From assembly GCA_021613535.1 (NCBI GenBank), contig CP075492.1, positions 744,001 through 808,000 on the forward strand: a DNA stretch of 64,000 nucleotides. The letters run 5' to 3'. Both the position numbers and the translations under genes were made by a program. Below, piece by piece: positions 26,309 through 39,254 of this stretch. The notes beneath the pieces were generated by a model that had not been told where the DNA came from, made no database searches, and saw only the letters and a list, made by a program, of their open reading frames with translations. The stretch comes from Adineta vaga (taxonomy: Eukaryota; Animalia; Rotifera). Each line of letters begins with the position of its first letter. Within the stretch, counting starts at the first letter, position 1.

Positions 26309-26935
26309 ATGAAATAATAATTGATAGAATTTTTCCTATGCATCGTAATATATTGTTAATACCTATAAATAAGTGAGATAATATTGATTTTGTAATAGAT
26401 CTTATTAAGACAATTTTAATCATTAAACGATCAACTCATATTCGTGATTCTATGGTTCCTATACACATAAGAAATATTATTTCAAAATGAATGTATTCTG
26501 TTCTTATAATGATAAGAAGATTGTTATCATTGTTTTCATCATCAACATGCAATGGGAATGTGACGTATAGGAATATTTACATCACAATAAAGAACACAAA
26601 ATAAAATAAAACTGTGTGACAATTTAGTTACAGACTTCTGATCGTTTAATACATTTTCTATGTCGAAATTACATGGTAACATTATTTTGATCTTGATAAA
26701 CTCTTCGAATACTTGATATGAAGCTCAATTATATGGCGCTCTTTTTATCAATAGGCGAGTCACAATGATATGTGTTCTTTTTATTCTAGCTCTTTTGACA
26801 GTGCAGATATGAGTATTTCTTATCCATCTTTCAATTCAGTTGACACAGTTTTTTGAAAAATACTATGCACATTGACTCATGAAATATAGGTTATTTCGTT
26901 TTGGAGATTTTGNNNNNNNNNNNNNNNNNNNNNNN

Positions 26936-29900
26936 ATATGGACATCGATTGCTTTGATCAATTTGGGTTCTAAGATTGGTGACGTTCTTCTTCAGAAGAG
27001 CTCCAAGATAATAATTCGAGGTATACTTTTGATAATAGATTTCAATGAGGATAAAGGTTGATAAATAATCATGATTCTGATGATAAACATGAAGAATTTG
27101 ATTTAATTTGATATTTTTATATAAAAATCGGTTCTCAACGGACAACACTTGTGAAGTAACACTTTCCAGGTTAAAAAAATGAACAAATACATTGACTAAT
27201 TCTAATTTGGAACTTGTCAAAGAAGATAATTCAATCTGAACTTCACCATTTCTTCGTTCACAATAGATTCCCCAAAAAGCATTTGGACATATACATTCGA
27301 ATTTCCTCGACTGACGCTCATCCGATGGTAAACATGTTCCACCATTTTCACATTTGATATCACGACATGGATTAAATAAAACTCGACATTCATTTCCCAT
27401 TCGTGCTAACGGACAAACACAATATCCATCGATGCATTTACCACCTGCAACACAGGAGCAATTGATTCGATTATGACAAAATTTACCAGACCAATTTTCA
27501 TTACATTGACAATATTCTTTATAAGGAGAATTGAGGTACCTTCGACAAATACCATGGATACAATTCAATGTTTGACATGTTCGAGAATCTTCCAGCATCA
27601 AATGTAGGACAAGTCGATTGACTGGTAAAAAAGAAAAAGGGACATTAAATAACCAGGATGCTTTCTCTTGAACACTGAATGTACTAATTAAAAAGGTATC
27701 GAACCGAACAGACCAATTTCCTTGTTTCTTCGGTGGTGGTTGCGGATAATTTAAATAAAACATTTGTTTCACCAAAGGTTCATGAAGAATTCGTTCATAA
27801 TCAAACACTTTATCGTCTAAGATTAAACGGGCAAGTATCAGAAGAAAACTATTTTTACTTCCATATCTGGATAAACTAATCGGTATATCGATTTTCACCG
27901 TGATTAGAACTCGTTCGGATTGATATTGACATCTTACACCGTAATAACTCGGTGGACATAAACATTTTTTATTGGAGAAGCGGTATTGAACAATAATTCC
28001 ACGATTGCAAAACCAGTTGTCAATTATCTTTTGTTTTCGTTTGGAAATTTTCTTGATCGCTAGTATTGGATTCGAATGAGCATCATTTATCATTGCAATT
28101 TTAGGTGAATTCATATTAAGTAATGGATATTCTTCAATGTTTTTCAAAGAAAATTGTCGATCTAGCTGATATTGTAAATCACAAAACCATTCATCTTCTC
28201 CATCTGGTTGACAATCAATTATTTTATCACATTGTTTTAAGATTCTTGGAAGACATGTACCATTCTTGCAAGGAAATTCATCTAGAGCACAGGATGAATT
28301 CATTGCCCACGGACATATTATCTCATCATCGAAATGAGGACATTCCTGGTTTTTATTACATATATGCAGTACTCTCACACATTTGCCAGAGCGACACTGG
28401 AAAGGATGGCTCGGATCTTTCGCACATCCCACTTTTCTTTCATCTGTTGCGCCTAAACAATCGATCACTCCATCCCCTGCACGTTCTGCTGCTAAACAAC
28501 CAATAGTTCCCTTCTGATCTCCACAGTAATGTTCATTATGCTGACATTTGAAAACCGTTTGACTTAAGTAATATGGGAGATCATTGAGACAATTCAGTTC
28601 ATCGGTTCCATTATTCCAATCCCAAATGTCATCGCATTTCCTAATCGACCATTCTTCACAGTTTGTTTCATCTGTTTCATTATCAACAAGAGGATTAACA
28701 TAATTAATTCCATTACAATTTTCTCGAAATACATTATATATCAATGGAGTGGCAGTACCTCGCAAAAACTGACAAGCAACATCCGATGGTTTGCGACATT
28801 TTCCAACATATAGCTGATAAGATTTATCACGACAATAATTCTCGTTATTAGTCACCTTGTCAGAATTCTTGTCATAATCCGCAATTAAAGTCCGTACCAT
28901 CCATTGATTACCTGTTTTACATTTAAAACGATCTGTTAAATTCAGAGATGTCATGATTAATGAAGTGATCTGATCACTTTCATCTTCTCCATAATAACAA
29001 TCAGTAATAGAATCTTTCACTCGATGTTTCGAAATCAATCGTTGGGATTCATTACAGTAGAATAATCTTTGGTCGTCAGTGAACCGATCAGAAAAAGAGA
29101 AGGTTTTTTGCCAATAAAAAATATAATTCGACCGATCGGGAATTGTTTCTCTTTCCACACACGTTTCATTCATGAAACAAATATGAGTTGGTTCCCACCA
29201 TTCAGCAGCATTGTTCTTGTTTTTATCATACAGAAACTTAACAAATGGAGAAAAAAACTTCATTTCATGTTGAAAATAAAATAACGAAGGACAATATTGG
29301 TTGAAATAGTTCACACATTTCTTCTTCCTTCGGTTGTCTTCATTACATAAACATTGGGATTTACGATAATCAAAATAATCAAAAAGAGAATTCTCCGACA
29401 CACATAACATTAAAAACCAGCATTCAAAACTGATATTATTATTATGTGCGGATGAAAATGACAAGAGAAGGCTTCGACGATAAAATGAATCACGACCGTT
29501 GGCACATTCAGGATCAGAAAAATCAAGTAAACTATGTTGTCCATCGCCACATTGAAACAAAGTCCAACGCGATTGACTAAAATCACATATAATCAATGTC
29601 GAATGATAACATCCGAATAATTCACTTTCAATCTCATCAATATCATATTCTTCATCAGTTATATCTCCACAATCATAACTTAAATCAATCAAAAATGTTT
29701 GTGGAATACACATTCCATTTAAACAACGATATTCGTTTTCTTCGCATTGATTTAGATCAATTAAAAGACAATCCTCGAATTCATCTTCACCATTTCCACA
29801 GTCAATAAATCCGTCACAAACTTGTCGCCAATCAAGACAAATTGTTGAATCACATCGAATACCTTTATAACATGTCAACAAATCTTCATCATCTAAGATT

Positions 29901-30373
29901 TCGAAAGTAGATGATAATTTCTCCGTTTTCTTGAATTGTTTGAAAATTATTTCATCAAATGTTGTATCAGAAGAAGTTTTACGAAATGAATATGAACAAT
30001 CTTTACCAAAGAAATTCCCCAGATCTGAACAATTACAAAACAAATCATTTTTCATTGATAGCTCATTTTCGGCCAGATATTTCTCGTAATTATTAATTGT
30101 ATCAATAGGAGCATTCCATTTGAACAGATTTTCTCCGGATATGTGTTTCAATTTTAATTCTTCAAATGTAAATTTCACATTTTCATTACATTCATACTGA
30201 TTTATAATAGCATCATTTCCATCTAGACAATAACGAGTTAATATCCATTCATTGATCTGAGTATTAATTGTATTTGAATATAAACAATCTCGATATAATA
30301 TATCGGTATTATACAGGCGAAATGATCCATTTATTTGTAATACAGTATGTAACAGGAAAATATATTTTAGCAT
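26936..30373 (-). CDS. Second LDLa/EGF-repeat GPCR-family gene; ectodomain runs into an assembly gap (N 26913-26935)
   Basis: Same architecture and motifs as 4415-12432 (CLDWRQVCDG, WFCNRG, SFLPVNRL, SNRC). The 7TM part is not intact beyond the gap. Confidence 0.85.
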
Positions 30374-31003
30374 TGTGTTTCACTGAGGAGTTTTTTTCTA
30401 TACTCACTAGCTATATATAATCTAATCAACATACACGATTTTATTCATTCTTGTCGGCACGTTTAACAGATACATAGAAGAAATGTTTTATTGAATCTTC
30501 TATGTCATGCATGGATTTAATATGGTTAGAAAAAGTAAATCCGATGTAAATATTTCCTATGAATGTTAATACGTAAAAGTCAGGAAAAGAAATATATGGC
30601 ATCATATCTGATCATTTCTCGAATTTATGTTTGAATGCACAGGCATCTGTTTTAAATCATATATTTTAGTTGGAGAAAAACTTTCTTCATCAGACAAATT
30701 GAGCACAACAGTTAAAACATCTTGATGGCATGGGGTAGTTGGTAATTGAGAGAGAAGGTATCGAAAGCAACACTCACATGTACACACTCTCCCTCAAAAT
30801 GGACAATTTTCAAGTGGCTCTGGTGATTCCCAATGATTGCGTTATTGCAATCAGGCTTTCCTTCCTTGACTTTGTTACATACATGAATTGAACTGGTAGA
30901 AATTTTCTAATCTCCAGCATAACATTATCCTCTTTCTATTAGTGTCATTGGTTGTTACTACATGACACTACCGTTTTCACACATATCTATATACATACAT
31001 ATA

Positions 31004-31650
31004 CAGTAGAACCTCGTTTGTCTGAACACCGTTGGTTCCTACGAAAATGTTCGCTATAACGAGATGATCATATTGGAGGATGTTCAACAAAAATAAATCT
31101 AAACACAATTTTGATTATGCTCTATGCTTTATCATTATTACTTTCTTCGTTTTATTGTATAAATTATCATTGATTATCACAAAACACTTTGTTGATACGG
31201 CTGATTTATAGAGCGAATGAACATTTTCTTCAAGTACGCCGAAAATACTCACGTATGTGTAACAACAATTGTGTATACATCAATCAATCTTTCCAATACA
31301 GATACACGACTCATGCATATACCATAATCTTCTCTTTCTTGTTCATTGCATCAACTCATATCTTCTCATAGCACGTGCATCTTCAACATTTCTTCTAATG
31401 ATTCTTTTTCTCTCTCTCTGATCTCGCTTGACCGATTCGCTCAAAAAGAAAAGAGAGACAACGAATATAAAAGGAAATTTTTTGTTGAAATAAAAGGCAG
31501 ATCGAATCTCCTTGAGCAAAGCTTGTCATTACAATATGGTTGACCTCTTGTTGCCGTAATCGATAGGCAGGTATTGAAAGAATTTCTCTCATTGTCCCTC
31601 TTTATTCTCTATATGCTTCTATAGTTATTTATGTAAAGTCACTTGCTGCT
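31004..31650. mobile_element. Degenerate Tc1/mariner-pogo-type element end
   Basis: TA|CAGTAGAACCTCG left terminus; the right terminus was not found. Confidence 0.35.
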
Positions 31651-31702
31651 TATACAGTCTACTGATAAGTCGCATTTTCGTCCTTCTCGTCTATTGTTTA
31701 CT

Positions 31703-31785
31703 TTGAGGGTGTGGGTGTGGGTGGGGTGTAGGTAGGTGCTACATCTATCTAAAACCCACACCCACACCCACACCCACACCCTCAA
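31703..31785. repeat. Telomere-repeat palindromic mini-element (longest clean copy)
   Basis: TTGAGGGTGTGGGTGTGGGTGGGGTGT-core-A(CCCACA)4CCCTCAA. Confidence 0.9.
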
Positions 31786-31906
31786 TAAATCTGATGGTTC
31801 TCAAGAAATATCGAATGACAGAAAGAACAAGAGTTTTATTCTGAGCTGGATTAATCGACGTATTTTCAGATGAGATTCTAAGTAAAGTGAAGAAAGAATT
31901 GAACAA

Positions 31907-32440
31907 ATGAATAGACCAACAGGTGTTATCTTTGACAAAGAAAATAATTCACTGATCGTTGCTGATATAGGGAACAGACGAGTGTTTCGTTGGTCGTTGA
32001 AGAAAGCTCAACGAGAAATTCTCATTGAAAATTTCGGGTCCTACAGCTTAGCAAAAGATCAGTATGGATTTCTTTATGCTTCATATTCTAAGAACGATGA
32101 AGTAAGAAAATGGAAAATTGGAGAAGAAACGGATAAAGAAGGTATTTTAGTAGCTGGAGGAAATGCACAAGGAGATAATCTAAATCAATTGTATAATCCT
32201 GTGGGATTGATTGTTGATCCTTTAGGTCGCCAAATTTATATTGCAGATTATGGAAATGATCGAATAATGCGTTGGTGTGATGGAGATAAAGAAGGTAAAA
32301 TAGTTGTTGGTGGAAATGAGAAAGGAGATGCGCCAAATCAATTAAGTTGCCCTATTGGTTTATCATTGGATTTTGAAGGAAATCTTTATGTTGTTGATCA
32401 TGAAAATCATCGAATCCAACGATTTTATGTAATTTCTTAA
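31907..32440 (+). pseudogene. NHL-repeat protein, 5'-truncated
   Basis: NHL repeats (QLYNPVGL, IYIADYGNDRI, LYVVDHENHRI); the sequence starts mid-repeat. Confidence 0.75.
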
Positions 32441-32855
32441 TTGAAACTTTTTTTTCTTTTAGTTCAGAAATAAAATTTCCTTTAATCTCATTGAAGAATA
32501 CAAATCAAAGAGATCATAAATAAATGGAAGATCATCAATCAATTGTCCACAACCAATAATCTGTTAACAAATATTTTCCCTATATAACATAATTTATCCG
32601 AATTCAAAGATCAAAACATGGTAAATCTTGAGAATGAAGGTGTGAGCATCAATTCTAGTCACATACTCTCACTCTATGTGTTGATAAGATAGGTTTATTT
32701 AATTTTCAAACATTCTCAAGAAATAAAAATAAATAGTGTGATGAATTTTTTTCTGCTTTTATCAGGTACCTAATTTAGCCTTGACAAACATGAGTTTATC
32801 ATATATTATTTATATTCTATCTATTTTTTTTCAACAAGAATATAATAAACAGAGC

Positions 32856-34627
32856 ATGAAAATATTAACTATTATGCAGTTGATTCCTCTTCTTCCTATT
32901 CTGATTCTTCAAAGCATGTTAAAACAATTTTCAATGTAAGAAAAATTTTGTTGAGTTTCCTAGCCGATGGATTGCCTCGTTTTGCCAATTATTTTCAAGA
33001 TCATATGGTGTTACAACGAGGTCCACAACGAGCTGTAGTTTGGAGTTTTAGTGATTCCAATGAATTAACAAATTTAAAAATCGGAGAGAAAGTGTATGAA
33101 ACTGTTGGTCGATGAGAACCAACAAATGATTTTGCTGAAAGTACATGGTCAGTTACACTTGATCCTGTTTATGATGAAGGACCTTATGATATTCAAGTAT
33201 CTCAACCATTAATAAATGGAACACTTGTAACAATAACTATTCGTGATGTTCTTTTTGGTGATGTTTGGCTTTGTTCAGGACAATCAAATATGCAAATGAC
33301 AGTTAGAGAGATTTTTAATGCAACAACAGAAATGGCAAATGCAGGAAAATATCCAAAAATACGTTTATTTACTAATGCGCGTACACCATCATCGACACCT
33401 GTCGAAGAATCAATACAAATTATTCAAAACTGGTCAATCGCTTCATCTTCAAGTATTGGTAGTTATGGATGGAGTTATTTTTCAGCTGTTTGTTGGCTTT
33501 ATGGTCGAATGATTCATGAAGCATTAGATGGAAGACCAATTGGACTCATTGCATCAAGTTATGGTGGTACACCAATTGAATTATGGATGCCATGAGATGC
33601 TTTTCTTAAATGTTACTCGCCATCGTAAGTGGGAAATAATCTTTTAAAATAATTCTTCGGATAAATATAACGAATAGACTTAAGTCAAAGAGAATGACTG
33701 ATCCAATGACAAATTCAAGTTTATATAATGGAATGATTCATCAATTTACACGAATGGTTATTTATGGTGTTATTTGGTATCAAGGTGAATCAAATAGTGG
33801 AAGAAATAATGATAAATATGTTTGTACATTTACAAATTTAGTTCAATCATGGAGACAAATATGGAATCTACGAACAAATGGTATAACAAATATTCAATTT
33901 CCATTTGGTTTTGTTCAAGTAAGAAATATTTTCTCTATATAGAATTGTTAAAAATTCCAATTTTAGTTATCAACAAATTCCAATACAACAACATTTTATG
34001 GTTTTCCATGGATACGTTGGCGTCAAACATTTGAAATTGGTTATGTACCAAAATAATGTTGTTCCAAATGTATTTATGGCTGTTGCTTTAGATTTACGTG
34101 ATGATCCTTTTGAGTAAATATTTCATTTGAATTTTTATTGAATTTAACAAAAACAAAATTTCAGTGTTCATCCTCGAACAAAGCATGATGTTGGTTATCG
34201 TTTATCACGAGAAGGTTTAGCGGTTGCTTATGGTCAAAAAGTCGAATATCAAGGTCCAATTGTATCAAATGTTAATTATCAAACTGATACAAATACGCAG
34301 TTACTTCTATTGAAGTACGAAACAGAAATGGATTTCAAGTAAAAATTTCATTTTTTTCCTTAAATGTTAAATGAGTTTACACGTTATTTTTTTGAGGTTT
34401 GTTGTCAAGGTGCTCAATGTCGAAGTAATACTATATGGTTGTCTGCAAATATTACTAGTAATAATGCATTGAGTGTCACAATAAAAGCACCAGATGTATG
34501 TAATGGAAAATTACTCTATGGTATTCGTTATCTTTGGTTAGAAACATCATGTCCATTTAAACAAGCAGCTATTTATAGTTCAACAGATTCAAATTTACCT
34601 TCACCACCCTATTACAAAGTTTTATAA
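32856..34627 (+). pseudogene. Sialate O-acetylesterase (SIAE-like), multi-exon
   Basis: DHMVLQR, GDVWLCSGQSNM, WYQGES and HPRTK motifs with several short introns. TGA at 33113 and 33593, frameshift near 34050. Confidence 0.88.
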
Positions 34628-35278
34628 ATCTGTTTTTTTTACTTTATTCAAGCTCGACAAAATACAATATAAGACAAAGAAAAGTTTTCCTATAAAGTTG
34701 TTGAAACTTAATTCGTACTTCTTTTTCAATATTTCATGTACTCTGCCTTGCATCACAATAAAAAATAACAATCTTCTGCGTACAACTGTAACATATAGTC
34801 GTTACAAAATAGAAAGCATAATTAGTATGAGTATAGTTAAATACAATAATAAAACCTATGTTCACCCTTATCTTTAAAAATTTAAAAAAAAAATTTCACA
34901 ATTCCTTCGATAATTTTTTGAGTCTCGGGACATCCCTGACAGTTTATATGAAGAAAAATAATCTATATATTAGGAAAACTTGTAAATGGGCTTTTAGAAC
35001 ATTCAAAAAATGCTTTTTTAAAACTAATTGATTTCTTATTATTCTGTCTAGAACTTTCGAATCTAATGTGCATCAAAAAACAACATTAGTTTTTCATCTA
35101 ATTATCCTCGCACGAATAATTAGAATTTTTTCAGTGAGATATTTATTTTTAAATCAATTAAGCTTTTACTCTGCTTCTAACTCTATTGTTATTTTAATCT
35201 GTGTCTCGCTTAGAAAAAGTCACCTTATCAGTCAACATTAGTTTTTCTTGAAAATCGAAAAAAAAGAGTAACATTACA

Positions 35279-36287
35279 ATGAATACTACTACAATTGTTC
35301 CTATAGATGATCAGGCTCAATTAACAATTCTATTTAATCTTCTAATCAAAACTTTAGCACAATGTCTTGATTGTTTTGCATGGATTATTGGTAATATTGG
35401 ATCAGTTTGTACTTGTATTGTATTTCATCAAGCAATATTTCGTAAAAGCCCTTGTGCTATTGTATTTTACAGCATCAAGTTTTTCACAATTATTTATTTT
35501 CAATTTTGCAACTTTTATTCGAATGATTCAATATGGCTATGGTGTTCAGGTAAATGCTGTTCCATCATGGTTTTGCAGATTTCGTTTTTATATTTATTAT
35601 GTTGCTATGGCTAGTGCACGGTATAACATCATTTTTGCATCTGCAGATCGTTGTTTTTGTAGTTCTCGAAAGACCATTTTTCGTCAATTGAGTTCATCAA
35701 AAATTGCTCTTCGTCTTATTATTATCAATGCTCTTGTTTGGATTCTTTTCTACATTCAAGCTCTCGTCACATATGATGTTCAAAATAACAAATGTCGAAT
35801 GCATTCTACAAGTTTTTTCACTTATTTCAATTTTTTTATTACAATCGAAAATGGTTTGTTTCCAATAATTCCAATGTCAATCTTTGGATTACTTACTGTT
35901 CATAATATTCATCAAAGTAAACGACGTACAAGAACAATAGAACCAATTAATGGAAGTCAACATGTTCGGAGTGATCGCGTATCAAAAAAAGAAACACAAT
36001 TACATAAAATGTTGATTAATCAAGTAGTTATTTATCTCATTTTTAATACTCCTTTACCAATGTATGGTATTTATCGATCATATCTTAGTATTGGTACATT
36101 ATCGGGTTGGCGTGCTTTAACGGATACATTTTTGAATAATTTATTCTATGATATGATTTATCTTGGTTATGCTTTAACATTTCCAATTTTTATTTTAACA
36201 TCAAATATATTTCGACGAGAATTAAAACAATTTATTCAAACAAAAATATTTAAACCATGTCAGCAACATATCATACGTGAAAATTAA
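35279..36287 (+). pseudogene. Orphan 7TM GPCR with a single frameshift near 35460
   Basis: GNIGS..FRKSPCA in one frame continues as YFTASS..ASADRC..TM7 in another frame. Confidence 0.8.
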
Positions 36288-36674
36288 ATAATAACAAGAA
36301 AAATTATTGACTATAAAACAAACAGAACTGTATTTGTCATTTATCATATTATCCTTTAACACTTTTGAAAAACTATCGAATTTCATTCCTATTTAACCAA
36401 ATAAATTAAATTTATTCAAACATAAGTCTTTCTTTTCTTATGACTTGTCCTGATTTACGATCTTGATGCTCATCGTCAAAATCAGCAAATATTTTTCAAA
36501 TTAATTAATTTTAGAAAATTCTATGTTTATTAACAACAAAGAAAAATATGTTTGAGAAAATAAATAGTTTTATATGAAGTCCTTGTCTGTGAAACAATAC
36601 AACACAACATGTTTCCTGGACTTCGTGAAATTAGAAGTAAAGAATATGAAAAGAACATGCATAACTTAGATTCA

Positions 36675-37130
36675 TCATGTCGCTGGGCAATACAGAAGTT
36701 GATTATAGTTATACTGCACGGTAATACGCTGAGAATCATCAGGAGAGCATTGTTGATTTTTACCGTTTGGACATATAGGTGTATTAATCACATGTTTAGT
36801 ATTATAAAGATCACAACCGCAATAAAGACCAATATGAAAAGTACCACTAAAACTATCACCATATCTAAGTTTAAAAAGCCTTGTCTGTTTTGTTACATTA
36901 GCAACATCCAAATTAAGAAAATTAGGAGGACAACTTTCTTTTTCAGCAACTGTTTCTTCACTCAAATCCAAGAAATTATCTTTTCCAACACGTTCTATTT
37001 TCCTACTATTGAAAATTCGTCGACGAATAAAATTATCTTTATCATCATGATATCTAATATTTCTTCCCATACATTGATTTGCTGCAAAAGCCAAGAAGAG
37101 AAATGCATAAATAACCATGTAAGTATTCAT
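36675..37130 (-). CDS. Uncharacterised secreted Cys-containing protein, 151 aa
   Basis: Signal peptide MVIYAFLFLAFAANQCMG, basic RRR cluster, six Cys in the C-terminal part and a TATA-like sequence upstream. Confidence 0.6.
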   Translation of the reverse strand: MNTYMVIYAFLFLAFAANQCMGRNIRYHDDKDNFIRRRIFNSRKIERVGKDNFLDLSEETVAEKESCPPNFLNLDVANVTKQTRLFKLRYGDSFSGTFHIGLYCGCDLYNTKHVINTPICPNGKNQQCSPDDSQRITVQYNYNQLLYCPAT

Positions 37131-39254
37131 GATGTTGGATATGAAAATTTAAAAATAATGAAAACGATGGTAAGTGCCGAGATATATACTGCACAAAAAA
37201 TGCTTAATTAATGGAATCAATGAAGCAAAAAGATAATATTTGAGATAAATACATATCAAAATTAGACATATTTGACGCCTACACACAGGACAAAAAAAAT
37301 GTCTCTTTTTTCGTTCCTGTTATTTACAGGTGACGAGAAAAAGAAAATTTCAAGGTTATATGGTTATTTGCACAAGGAGCACAATAACAATGATCACCAT
37401 CACGAAGGAAATTTTTATCTGAATTTATTGGATGAGAGCATAGAAAATTCGTATGTTGTCGGATGAAATTGTAGATATCAATGTTTTAGTTTCATTGAAC
37501 ACACATAGGTTATATTTGTATACACATGAAAGAATATATGAAGAGAAAGCGAAAGAAAAAGAAAAGTAAAAAACGACGTGCATATTACTTATTTGATAAT
37601 TATTCGATTTGTATGAATGAAGTGAAACAACAGAGCATTTTTCTCACGAAAATACATAAGTATATCTACAAATCGATTGAAATATATTTCACTCAGTCGA
37701 TGTCAGTGAGTTATGGTTATGAGTGAGCGTGTGCGTGTTAAACGATAATGAATATTGTTATATATATATATATATATATATATTGTTTCAATTCATGATT
37801 AAATAAAATAAAATAAATAATTCAACATAATATTGAGGATTCACGTACAATTTTATGTATAAATATCATACATATCGTAATAAAGATATTTTTCGACGAC
37901 TAATCAATGATTGTTGTTCTCCTCAAATATTACTTAGATTTGTAATTGTTGTGACTATCAATTTCGGTCTTACTCGACGAGTCAATGATTCAACACAATA
38001 TTAATGTAAGTGAAGTTGGCAGCGGATTCGATTATTTCTTAAACCAATTCGCTTGATCAGGTGTGCCAGGTAAAACTTGATGAGCTCTATCACCTTCATC
38101 CAACGCTTCATAATCATCAAAAATTGTTTTTTTATTCATGGGAACAATTTCACAAAAAGTTTATTTTCTAAAACGATTCGTTCTCCCGATCTAAAACTCA
38201 CAAAAAACTATATATTCTGATGCAACTCGACTTGCTCTATCGATTGGCGTGTTCCATTGCACATTTTAACCAACAATTTTAATTAAATCACCTGAAAAAC
38301 ATCAAAAATCAACATTTTGACACATGTTTCATATACAGATTTACTTTACGAGGTGTGCCGTGTTTGAAATTAATGTTATTTGACTCAGCATAACGTGACA
38401 CCACATTTCCACGCCGACGTTACCGCGGACAACATATTCGCGCAACGCATTGTTTTAATTGACTCCAATTACATAAATATTTTTGCACTCTTAGCTTAAT
38501 TAGTAAACAAGTCAAAAACATCTTATGATAATTGAATGGTCAGTCAAAACTTACAAAAGCACACACTGATCCTACGGTTTTAAAATCATTTTCACATTAA
38601 AAACAATACTGATTTTTGTGGAAGTTACAATAGTTTTTGAAAAACAAACAATAACTACAAACTTAGACTTGAAATTTTTTATTCTTGTTTCTATTAAAGA
38701 TACGTTTCTCTTACACTTGATTTTAGTAATTCACCTTTCATGTCAGATAATTTCATAATCGCTGCCTTGTTTCTATGTTATAATTTTCGTGAATACTGAT
38801 GCTAGTGTAACAAAAACTACTGAAATCTTTTTTTAAGTAAGATTTTCTGTGAGATTTCTTTTGTTTTCCTGGATAATTTCATGATCTCCCTACTAAAATA
38901 TACTCTTTCATATATATTATTCATTACATCATTAAATATGATATGACACTTTACATTTGAATAACTTTCGCGTGTATGCTAAGTGAAAATCCTGTGGTAG
39001 GATACAGATTGCATAATCAAATATAAATGATAAAACTATTATAAAAGTACAGATACTGTAGCTAACTCTTTATTCATAATCTTATCTTTATAAGAAATTT
39101 GTAATGATTAATTTAAAGAGTTTTATTATTTCATGAAACAATTTTTTCAATACAACATTATAATATAGAAAAATCAGTTTCACAAAAGCACTGGCATTTT
39201 TGTTTTGATGCATTCGAAAAATAATGAGTATTGAAGGAAAGAAAGAAAGAAAGT

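Noticed and set aside
31703-31785. True chromosome end
   Set aside because: Only 2-4 hexamers per arm, inverted and interstitial, with many copies in the window.
36609-37211. 200-aa plus-strand ORF
   Set aside because: Antisense shadow of the signal-peptide ORF with no recognisable features. The same applies to the short ORFs overlapping the large genes and MITEs.
37757-37822. (TA)n and (AAAAT)n microsatellites, also (GA)n/(GAGC)n near 13250
   Set aside because: Ordinary simple repeats.
37990-38450. Possible minus-strand spliced gene remnant
   Set aside because: Coding-like fragments with stops; no family could be recognised.
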